This document shows positions 19,033-26,990 of a DNA stretch of 51,433 nucleotides, piece by piece. Source of the DNA: Anaerolineales bacterium (GTDB taxonomy: Bacteria > Chloroflexota > Anaerolineae > UBA1429). The notes beneath the pieces were generated by a model. That model saw only the letters and a list, made by a program, of their open reading frames with translations, searched no databases and had not been told where the DNA came from. The DNA lies in assembly GCA_039680625.1 (NCBI GenBank), contig JBDKSN010000049.1, positions 1 through 51,433 of the forward strand, given 5' to 3'. The translations under genes were made by a program, and so were the position numbers. Positions within the stretch are counted from its first letter, which is position 1. Every line of letters begins with the position of its first letter.

Positions 19033-21561
19033 TTGACGAGAGGAGATGCCTTGGCCCAATCGGCGGGTATCATCGAGTTGGATGGCCCATGGCAATTGGC
19101 TCAGTGGTCTGACTCGCCGTTTCATGGCACCACGGAGGGCCTTGGCCTGACGTGGATCCCGGCGAGCGTGCCGGGAGCAGTGCACTACGACCTCGTCGCC
19201 GCTGGGAAACTCGCTAACCCACTAGCCAGCCGACGCGCCGCGGCAGATGCCGCCTGGGTGGCCGAGAGCGATTGGCTCTATCGACGGACGTTCACCTTGC
19301 CCAGCGCTCCAGCGCCACAGAGTCGGCCAGTACTGTACTTTGAGAGCATCGATACGTATGCCGATATCTGGCTGAACGGCGTGCTCGTGGGCACGAGCCA
19401 GAATATGTTCCGGCCGTGCCGTGTTGGCCTCACCCCCACGCTATTGCGCGCGGGCGAAAACACACTGTGCGTGCGCGTCAAGGCGCATAGCCGGATGCTT
19501 GCTGACCTGGTCCCCGATGCGGAGCGCATCGCTGTTGGGCCGGGCTCTACGGCGCACCGCGATCGCTCGCTGATCAGGCGCTACCAGCGCAGCTACAACA
19601 CCAGCCTGCTCAACCTGGGCGAGGTTGTGCTGGGCATCGGCATCCCGGGCAGTGTCTCCCTCAAGCTCTATCCTGAGGCCTACATTGCCGATCTCTGCCT
19701 GGTTACCGAGCGGCTGGACGCCGATGCAGCCGACGTGCGCCTGCTGGCGCAGATCGAAGGCAACGTAGCCGATGTAGAGCTGGAGCTGTCTCTCTACGCC
19801 CAAGACGCCACGGAGCCCGTCGTGTGTGTGGTGACGCCGGCGGCTACGGGCGAGGTAGCCTGTGCCCTGCCTGTGCCCGAGCCGCGGCTATGGTGGCCGG
19901 CGGGGTACGGCGAGCCTTATCTGTATCGGCTTGAGGGGCGTCTGCTTCGCCACGGGGCCGTGCTCCATAGCCTAGCGCGACAGGTCGGCATCAAGACGGT
20001 TTCGCTGTTGCGCGCATTGCCCAACGGGCGAGAGACGTTTCAGCTACAGGTGAACGGGCGCGAGATCTATGTGCGTGGTGGTAACCTGATGCCTATCGAC
20101 GCCATCCGCGGCCTGACGACTGCCGAACGGTATGAGCGCATGGTGCGGCTCGCGCTCAATGCCAACATGAACTTGATTCGCCTCTGGGGTGGTGGCCTGC
20201 CCGAGTCGGAGACATTCCTCGACCGCTGCGACGCATCGGGCATGCTGATCTGGCAGGACTTTTTCTACCACTCGAGCACCTATCCCGACTATGACGCTGG
20301 CTTTATGGCCGAGGCCAAGGCAGAGGCGCTCGATCTCATCGCCAAGATGCGGCCACACGCCTGCCTGGCTGTTCTATGTGGTGGCAATGAACAGCAACAG
20401 GGCTGGGACGAGTGGAACTGGCAGCAAGAGATGGACCGCTTCTATGGCGAGCGGCTCTTTGCCGAGCTGCTGCCGGACGTGTGCGCCGAACGGGCGCCCG
20501 AGATCCCCTATGTGCCCAACTCCCCTCATGGTGGCCTGGGAGGCCAATCGCCCACGACGGGCGACACGCATACCTGGGGCAACTATTACAATGCGACTCA
20601 AGACCCACTCTTTGTCACCGAGACCTGCTGGATCTATGACTCGTACTCACGCCCTGAGACCCTGCGCGAGACGATGGGCTTGGATGTGGACGCCTTTTCT
20701 GAACGTGGCTGGCCCCGACGTTGGCGAGAGCTGACCGGGCTGGAGCTGTTTTCCAAGTTTCCGTTCACCCACTATCAGAATATCTCTAGCCTACGTGCCT
20801 ACCTGCGCTCTCTGGAGATCGAGCAACTCGAAGCCGACTATCAAGCGTTGGCTTATCTGCGCACCCGCAGCCCGTCGTGTAATGGCCTGGTATACTGGCC
20901 ACTGAACAAGGGCGGGCCGCTGTTCGGTTTTGGCTGCATCGACTATGGCGGGCGGCCGCTCATGGCCTACTACGCCGTGCAACGTCTGTTTGCCGATATC
21001 GCTCTTCATCTCTATCGCGATGGGAGCGATGTGTGCGTGGTGGCCGCCAATGCCGCCGAACCGATCACTGGCCTGTTGCGCCTCTGGCATGTGCAGGCGA
21101 ACGGGCGCGTGCTTGGCCGTTGGGAGCTGACCACAACCATCTCTAGCGGCAACTGTGTGCCCCTATTCGAGCTAGCCGGCCTCTATGATGATGTCATCGA
21201 CCGCAACCGCGAGTGGCTCTATGCCGAGTTCGTCGTCGCGGGCGCAGCGGTAGCTCAGGCGCAGCTGCTCTTCTGTCCCCTGGCCGAGCTCCGCGTCGAG
21301 CCAGGCGAGCTGTCTGTAGAGGTGCACCGCCTGTCTCCTGATCGCTGGCGGATCGATCTGTGTACGATCACCCCTACGCCGTTGCTCGAGATCGAGGCGG
21401 ATCGGCGCGTGATGTATAGCGACAACTACTTTGGGCTGATGTCGAATGTGCCCAAGCGAGTCTGGGTGGCGGCTCTGGAGGATATGCCCTCCGAGGGCCT
21501 GTCGGTCACGGTTAGCGCTTGGGACCGCAGCACTTGCGCATCTGTGTCGCTCACCGAATGA
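19033..21561 (+). CDS. GH2 family glycoside hydrolase, beta-mannosidase-like, no signal peptide
   Basis: NMNLIRLWGGGLPESETFLDRCDASGMLIWQDF and CGGNEQQ resemble the GH2 beta-mannosidase catalytic region. The start is uncertain: TTG at 19033 or TTG at 19051 after AGAGGAG. Confidence 0.7.
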   Translation: MTRGDALAQSAGIIELDGPWQLAQWSDSPFHGTTEGLGLTWIPASVPGAVHYDLVAAGKLANPLASRRAAADAAWVAESDWLYRRTFTLPSAPAPQSRPVLYFESIDTYADIWLNGVLVGTSQNMFRPCRVGLTPTLLRAGENTLCVRVKAHSRMLADLVPDAERIAVGPGSTAHRDRSLIRRYQRSYNTSLLNLGEVVLGIGIPGSVSLKLYPEAYIADLCLVTERLDADAADVRLLAQIEGNVADVELELSLYAQDATEPVVCVVTPAATGEVACALPVPEPRLWWPAGYGEPYLYRLEGRLLRHGAVLHSLARQVGIKTVSLLRALPNGRETFQLQVNGREIYVRGGNLMPIDAIRGLTTAERYERMVRLALNANMNLIRLWGGGLPESETFLDRCDASGMLIWQDFFYHSSTYPDYDAGFMAEAKAEALDLIAKMRPHACLAVLCGGNEQQQGWDEWNWQQEMDRFYGERLFAELLPDVCAERAPEIPYVPNSPHGGLGGQSPTTGDTHTWGNYYNATQDPLFVTETCWIYDSYSRPETLRETMGLDVDAFSERGWPRRWRELTGLELFSKFPFTHYQNISSLRAYLRSLEIEQLEADYQALAYLRTRSPSCNGLVYWPLNKGGPLFGFGCIDYGGRPLMAYYAVQRLFADIALHLYRDGSDVCVVAANAAEPITGLLRLWHVQANGRVLGRWELTTTISSGNCVPLFELAGLYDDVIDRNREWLYAEFVVAGAAVAQAQLLFCPLAELRVEPGELSVEVHRLSPDRWRIDLCTITPTPLLEIEADRRVMYSDNYFGLMSNVPKRVWVAALEDMPSEGLSVTVSAWDRSTCASVSLTE

Positions 21562-21581
21562 GTCAGTCAAAGGAGCGTTCA

Positions 21582-22592
21582 ATGCTCGTCTTGTCGACAC
21601 AACGCTTCCTACCTGCCGATGTCGCCCGCCTGGAGGCGGCAGGGTGCACCTATCGCTACATAGAGCCGGGTGGCGATCCTCATGGCGCCAGTTCGGAGCA
21701 GTTCCATGCAGGTATCTATGCGCTGGATGAGGCCGTGCGCCGCCAAGTGGTCGTGCTCATCACCCCCTGTTTTCATGTGACGCCACGGCTGCTGGAAGCT
21801 CTGCCAGCCCTGCAGTGGGTGCACCACCCGGGGGCTGGCGTCAACTCGGGCCCTTTCTGGACGCAGTGGGACTTGCTCGACGCGCGCCAAATCGTGGTGA
21901 CCACGGCCAAGATCCATGCCACGCCGATCTCGGAATGGATTGTGGCCGTGATGCTGGCCCTGGCCAAGAATCTCAAACGGCACGCCGAGCGGCAGCGGGC
22001 GCATGTCTATCACGATGAGGAGCAGCTGCCCAACGTGATCCTCGAGGGCAAGACGGCGTTGGTGATCGGCACTGGGCATGTCGGCGCCGAGACGGGTCGC
22101 AAGTTGAAGCTCGCTTTTGGCATGCAGACCTTGGGTATCAACACCGACGGTCGGCCAGTGCCCCATTTCGATGAGACGCATACGCTTGTGGACCTGGACA
22201 GTCTCTTGCCCCGCGCCGATTTCGTCATTTGCACGAGCGTGTTGGTCGAGGACACCCGGGGCATGATCGATGCCCGTCGACTGGCGCTGATGCGCCCAAG
22301 CGCTTTTGTCATCAATCCGTCGCGCGGCAGCCTCATCGTTGAGCAAGATCTGATTGCCGCTCTCGAGGAACGGCGCATTGCTGGGGCCGGGCTGGACACT
22401 TTTGAGGTTGAGCCTCTGCCTGTCGACAGCCCGCTGTGGGATCTGGACAATGTCGTGCTGACGCCACACTGCTCGGGGGGCCGCCCCGACTATTCCACGG
22501 CGGTGATGGATCGCCTGCTGGCCAATCTCGATGCTTTTCGTGCCGGCCGTCGCGATCAGATGACTGAGGTTGCCAACAGTAAACGTTACTAG
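21582..22592 (+). CDS. D-isomer-specific 2-hydroxyacid dehydrogenase family protein
   Basis: NAD site LEGKTALVIGTGHVGAETGRKL. Catalytic region FVINPSRGSLI...AGAGLDTFEVEP...VLTPHCSG. The ATG at 21582 follows AAAGGAG. Confidence 0.8.
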   Translation: MLVLSTQRFLPADVARLEAAGCTYRYIEPGGDPHGASSEQFHAGIYALDEAVRRQVVVLITPCFHVTPRLLEALPALQWVHHPGAGVNSGPFWTQWDLLDARQIVVTTAKIHATPISEWIVAVMLALAKNLKRHAERQRAHVYHDEEQLPNVILEGKTALVIGTGHVGAETGRKLKLAFGMQTLGINTDGRPVPHFDETHTLVDLDSLLPRADFVICTSVLVEDTRGMIDARRLALMRPSAFVINPSRGSLIVEQDLIAALEERRIAGAGLDTFEVEPLPVDSPLWDLDNVVLTPHCSGGRPDYSTAVMDRLLANLDAFRAGRRDQMTEVANSKRY

Positions 22593-22660
22593 CAGCCCAC
22601 CTTGCCATTTGGCCGGCGGGCTTGAGACAGATGTCAGGTTGACGAAGGAGGAGCGGCACG

Positions 22661-23329
22661 ATGCAGCGGATCATCCAAGACATCCAGCGGGTACCCCCAG
22701 ACATGATCGCGGCGTTCGGCGAGCTAGCGGCGGCGACGGTATACGAGTCGAACGAGCAGAGTGGGGCGATGGACCACACGATACGGCCGAACGTGTGGGG
22801 GCAGCACATGTGTGGCAGTGCGCTGACGGTGCGCTGCTTCCCGGCAGACAACCTGATGTTGCACACGGCGATCGCCATCGCGCAGCCGGGGGACGTGATC
22901 GTGGCGGAGGTAGGCGGGCTGTTGGATGCGGGCTACTGGGGCGAGATCACGACGGTCGCGGCGCAGGCGAAGGGGATTGCGGGGCTGGTGATCGCCGGGG
23001 GCACGCGCGACCACGAGGTAATCGCGCGGCGGGGCTTTCCGGTGTGGTCAGCGGGGATCTGCATGCGGGCGACGGTGAAAAAGAACCTGGGTTGGATCAA
23101 CCATCCGGTGAGCGTAGGCGGCGTGACGGTGAATCCGGGCGACCTAGTGTTGGGCGATGACGACGGGGTGGTGGTGGTGCCGCAGGCGCGGCTGAGCGAG
23201 GTGCTGGCGCGGGCGCGGGCCAAAGAGGCGAGCGAGGCGGAGGTGATGGCCCGTCTGCAGCAGGGCGAGCTCACGTTGGACATTCTGGGGTTCCGCCAGG
23301 CGCTCACGGCCCTGGGCGTGAGCCTGTAG
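22661..23329 (+). CDS. RraA-family aldolase/decarboxylase (HMG/CHA-aldolase-like), paralog C
   Basis: LLDAGYWGEITTVAAQAKGIAGLVIAGGTRD and GDLVLGDDDGVVVVPQ. GAAGGAGGAG RBS is present. Codon usage is very G-ending. Confidence 0.75.
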   Translation: MQRIIQDIQRVPPDMIAAFGELAAATVYESNEQSGAMDHTIRPNVWGQHMCGSALTVRCFPADNLMLHTAIAIAQPGDVIVAEVGGLLDAGYWGEITTVAAQAKGIAGLVIAGGTRDHEVIARRGFPVWSAGICMRATVKKNLGWINHPVSVGGVTVNPGDLVLGDDDGVVVVPQARLSEVLARARAKEASEAEVMARLQQGELTLDILGFRQALTALGVSL

Positions 23330-23360
23330 GCGCTGGGCTCGGCTGGGCAAAGGAGCGAGC

Positions 23361-24452
23361 ATGAGTCAGGCAGAGGGCAGCGAGCGCATCGACGGGGCCG
23401 AGCTGTTGCGCTTCACTCGTGCGGTGCTAGAGGCCGCGGGGCTGGGGGCCGAGCAGGCGGCAGTGGTCGCCGCCAGCCTGACGCAGGCCGAGTTGCGGGG
23501 CCAGGGCAGCCACGGCGTGTCGCGTCTGTTGGGCATCTATGTGCAGCGGCTGCGTTGCGGGGCGATCAATGCGCATCCCCAGCCGGCGATCGTATCGCAA
23601 AGGGGGGGCACGGCGCTGGTCGATGGCGACAACGGGCCGGGGCAGGTAGCGGGGAGCTATGCGATGGCGCTGGCCATCGCGTTGGCGCGCGAGCACGGCG
23701 TAGGGTGTGTGGCGGTGCGGCGGAGCAATCACTATGGGGCGGCGGCGTTCTATCTGCAGCAGACGCTGGAGGCGCAGATGATCGGCCTGACCACCACGAA
23801 CGCGCCGCCGAACATGCCGCCGACGGGGGGGCGAGTGCCCTTCTTGGGCACAAACCCGCTGGCGGTGGCGGTGCCCAGTGCGACGCAGGGGCCGGTGTTG
23901 CTGGACATGGCCACGAGCGTGGTGGCCAAGGGCAAGATCCAGCTGCTGGCCAAGGAGGGGCAGCGGACCATCCCACCGGGCTGGGCGCTGGACAAAGAGG
24001 GGCGGCCGACGACCGACGTCGAGGCTGCCCTGGCGGGGATGATGCTGCCGGTGGGCGGGCACAAGGGGTACGGGTTGGCGCTGATCGTGGAGATCCTCAG
24101 CGCGGTGGTGTCGGGGGCGGCGTTTGGCCCGCACCTGGGCACGCTGTATGGGGATTTCGACCGTGGGCAAGACGTGGGGCACTTGTTCGCTGCCTTGGAC
24201 CTCTCGGGGTTTGGGCCGGTGAGCGAGTTTCTGGAGCGGATGGACCAACTCCTGGTCGAGCTGCGGGCGGTGCCCAGGCAGGAGGGGGTGGAGGAGATCC
24301 TGGTGCCGGGCGAGGTGGAGAGCCGCTGTCAGGCGCGCTATGCGCGGGAGGGGATCCCCTTCGACAGCGCAGTGTACGCCGAGGTGTGCGGCATCGCCCG
24401 TGAGCTGGGGGTGCCGCCGCTCGCGACGATGGCAGAAGAGGAGCAACGATGA
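23361..24452 (+). CDS. Ldh_2 family (malate/L-lactate/sulfolactate/2,3-diketogulonate-type) oxidoreductase
   Basis: GSHGVSRLLGIYVQR, RSNHYGAAAFY and GHKGYGLALIVEILS match my memory of Ldh_2 motifs. Confidence 0.75.
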   Translation: MSQAEGSERIDGAELLRFTRAVLEAAGLGAEQAAVVAASLTQAELRGQGSHGVSRLLGIYVQRLRCGAINAHPQPAIVSQRGGTALVDGDNGPGQVAGSYAMALAIALAREHGVGCVAVRRSNHYGAAAFYLQQTLEAQMIGLTTTNAPPNMPPTGGRVPFLGTNPLAVAVPSATQGPVLLDMATSVVAKGKIQLLAKEGQRTIPPGWALDKEGRPTTDVEAALAGMMLPVGGHKGYGLALIVEILSAVVSGAAFGPHLGTLYGDFDRGQDVGHLFAALDLSGFGPVSEFLERMDQLLVELRAVPRQEGVEEILVPGEVESRCQARYAREGIPFDSAVYAEVCGIARELGVPPLATMAEEEQR

Positions 24453-24859
24453 AGACACAGATCAGTCGCCCGGGTGAGATCCTCGTCATTCGGCTCGATT
24501 CGGGCGATGACATCCTGTTGAGCATCCGCGAGGCCACAAGAGAGCACGATCTCCAGCACGCGCTCATCCTGGGGGCCATGGGGTCGGTGCAGCGCTATCA
24601 CGTGCACGTGGTCGAGACGAGGGAACTACCCCCCAAAGACGTCTTTCTTCAGGGCGAAGAGCCGCTAGACATCCTCTCGCTGAACGGCGTGATCATGGCG
24701 GGGCGGGTGCACGCACACATCAGCTTCTCGGGGCCCAATCTGACGATGGGAGGCCATCTCGAAGAGGGCTGCCAGATCCTGTCGTTTGGACAGGTCTGGC
24801 TCGTCAACACGCCCGATGCTGACCTGACGGATTGGGACCGTATCGGTGGAATAGGCTAG
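24449..24859 (+). CDS. PPC/DUF296 domain protein
   Basis: GEILVIRLDSGDDILLSIREATREH...ILGAMGSVQ...LDILSLNGVI...VHAHISFSG...GGHL fits the DUF296 pattern. Its ATG overlaps the Ldh_2 stop (ATGA, 24449-24452). Confidence 0.6.
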   Translation: MKTQISRPGEILVIRLDSGDDILLSIREATREHDLQHALILGAMGSVQRYHVHVVETRELPPKDVFLQGEEPLDILSLNGVIMAGRVHAHISFSGPNLTMGGHLEEGCQILSFGQVWLVNTPDADLTDWDRIGGIG

Positions 24860-24893
24860 ATGGCGTAGATAACGGTTTTGGAAGGAGGCATTC

Positions 24894-25997
24894 ATGGTGA
24901 CGGTGTCGCGGGTAGCGATGCTACGGGAGCTTCGGCCGCCAGCCGAGCGGCCCTTTACGATCGAAGAGGTAGCGATCCCGCCCCTGACGGCAGGGGCGGT
25001 GTTGGGGCGGATGGTGTTGGCCGGGGTATGTGGCACCGACGTGCACATCCTGCGCGGGCAGGTGCCGATCCGGCTGCCCGCCATTCTTGGCCACGAGAAC
25101 GTGTGTCGTGTAGTCGAGATCGGTGGAGACCAGCCCCTCTATGACATCACCGGTCAGCCGGTAAAGGTGGGCGATCTGATCACCTGGCTGCCCAAGTCTT
25201 GCATGCAATGCTACAACTGCACGATCTTGCAAGATCAGAGCAAGTGCGAGCACCGCATCGGCTATGGTGGTTGGGTGCCAGCGTGGGAGCATCCTTATCT
25301 GGTGGGGGGCTTTGCCGAGTACGTGTGGTTGCTGCCGGGCAGCGACATCGTGGTGGTCAATGGCGTAGCGCCCGAGGCGGTGGTGCTCGGCGACGCCCTG
25401 CGAGTGATGGTGCACGCCCTGGAAAACGTGGGTGGCATCCATTACGGCGACACCGTGGTGGTGCAAGGCACGGGCGCAGTGGGGATGATGGGGATCCTGC
25501 TAGCCATGGATGCCGGTGCGGGGCAGGTGATCGTGACGGGCGGGCCAGCCGCGCGCCTGGATCTGGTGCGGGAGTTGGGCGTCGAACAGGCCATCGACAT
25601 CTTTCAAGTCAAGGCGCCAGAGCGGATCGCGCAGGTGCTCGAGTGGACACACGGGCGAGGCGCCGACGTGATCATCGAGGCCACGGGCGTGCCCTCGGCC
25701 GTGGCGGAAGGGCTCGAGATGGTGCGCATCGACGGACGGTATGTGATCGCAGGCCACTATGGCGATGCGGGCACGGTGCCGCTCAACCCGCACCTGATCA
25801 ACCGCAAACAAGTGACCATCACGGGGGCCTGGTCGGCCGACAACAGCCACTTCTTACGAGCGCTGGCACTGTTGCGCAAATTGTCGGGCGACACGCTCGA
25901 CAAGCTCGTGCAGCCGAGATTCCGCCTGGACGAGATCAATGACGCGCTGATCTGCGCTGAGAAGCAAGAGTCGGTCAAACCGGTCATCGCTCCGTGA
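24894..25997 (+). CDS. zinc-binding medium-chain alcohol/polyol dehydrogenase
   Basis: GVCGTDVHILRG, GHENVCRVVEIG and NAD site VVVQGTGAVGMMG. GGAAGGAGG RBS is present. Confidence 0.8.
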   Translation: MVTVSRVAMLRELRPPAERPFTIEEVAIPPLTAGAVLGRMVLAGVCGTDVHILRGQVPIRLPAILGHENVCRVVEIGGDQPLYDITGQPVKVGDLITWLPKSCMQCYNCTILQDQSKCEHRIGYGGWVPAWEHPYLVGGFAEYVWLLPGSDIVVVNGVAPEAVVLGDALRVMVHALENVGGIHYGDTVVVQGTGAVGMMGILLAMDAGAGQVIVTGGPAARLDLVRELGVEQAIDIFQVKAPERIAQVLEWTHGRGADVIIEATGVPSAVAEGLEMVRIDGRYVIAGHYGDAGTVPLNPHLINRKQVTITGAWSADNSHFLRALALLRKLSGDTLDKLVQPRFRLDEINDALICAEKQESVKPVIAP

Positions 25998-26029
25998 CGG
26001 AGCCAGAATCCCGGACGTGAGGAGATATC

Positions 26030-26908
26030 ATGAAGGTTGGGTTCATTGGCTTGGGCAATATGGGCGGCCCGATGGCCCGTAACATCTTGAAGGCCGGTCA
26101 TGAGCTGACCGTCTACAATCGCACAGCGAGCAAGATGGCGCCACTGGCCGAGCTGGGTGCGCGCACGGCCACCAGCCCGCGCGAGGCCGCCATGGGCGCC
26201 GAGATCGTATGCACCTGCGTCTCGGTGCCGGCAGCGCTGTGGGCTGTGGTCGAGGGGCCAGAAGGTGTGTTGGCGGGCATGAAGGCGGGCCAGACGTTGG
26301 TCGACTTTTCGACAGTCGACCCGGGCACCAGCCAGCGATTGGCCGAGTTGTGCACAGCGCGGGGTATCGGTTGCCTCGATGCGCCGGTGAGCGGTGGCAC
26401 GGCGGGAGCAGAAGCGGGCACCCTCACGGTAGTCGTCGGCGGCCCTCAGGAGACGTTTGAGAAGGCCAACCCGGTGTTTGCGGCCGTGGGTAAGAACATC
26501 GTGCATGTGGGCGGCCCCGGCGCGGGCAGTGCCTTCAAGCTCATCAATCAGATCTTGGTGGGCGTAAATCTCGCCGGCGTGCTAGAGGCGTTCGTCCTGG
26601 CCCGCAAGGCTGGCCTCGACCTGAATGTCCTCTACCAGGTCCTCAGCACATCGGCGGGCAACTCGAACACGCTGCAGAGCGTCGTGCCTGACCGCATCAT
26701 CGGTCGCGATTTCGAGGGCGGCTTTATGCTCAAGCTGCTCATCAAAGACTTGGATCTCGCCTTGCAGATGAGCAAAGACTCGCACTCGACCCTATTCGTG
26801 GCCAGCGTGGCCAGGCAGCTGTATGAGCAAGCCACCATTGCCGGGTATGGCGACAAGAACATGGCCGCTGCCATCCTACCGATGGAGCATCTTCAGGGAA
26901 TGGACTGA
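26030..26908 (+). CDS. HIBADH-family NAD(P) oxidoreductase (3-hydroxyisobutyrate / tartronate-semialdehyde reductase-like)
   Basis: MKVGFIGLGNMGGPMARNIL..GHELTVYNRT, DAPVSGG and the LLIKDLDLAL motif. Confidence 0.8.
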   Translation: MKVGFIGLGNMGGPMARNILKAGHELTVYNRTASKMAPLAELGARTATSPREAAMGAEIVCTCVSVPAALWAVVEGPEGVLAGMKAGQTLVDFSTVDPGTSQRLAELCTARGIGCLDAPVSGGTAGAEAGTLTVVVGGPQETFEKANPVFAAVGKNIVHVGGPGAGSAFKLINQILVGVNLAGVLEAFVLARKAGLDLNVLYQVLSTSAGNSNTLQSVVPDRIIGRDFEGGFMLKLLIKDLDLALQMSKDSHSTLFVASVARQLYEQATIAGYGDKNMAAAILPMEHLQGMD

Positions 26909-26913
26909 TGACT

Positions 26914-26949
26914 AGCGCCGCCTCTTTTTGCGCAGAAAGAGCCGGCGCT
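26914..26949. terminator. long hairpin between convergent genes (possible bidirectional terminator)
   Basis: AGCGCCGCCTCTTT pairs with AAAGAGCCGGCGCT (13 of 14 bp, 8-nt loop). There is no clean T-tract. A second hairpin, AGCGAGCGC/GCGCTCGCT, lies at 26965-26990. Confidence 0.35.
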
Positions 26950-26990
26950 ATTGCCGAATGAGGCAGCGAGCGCCAGGTGCAGCGCTCGCT

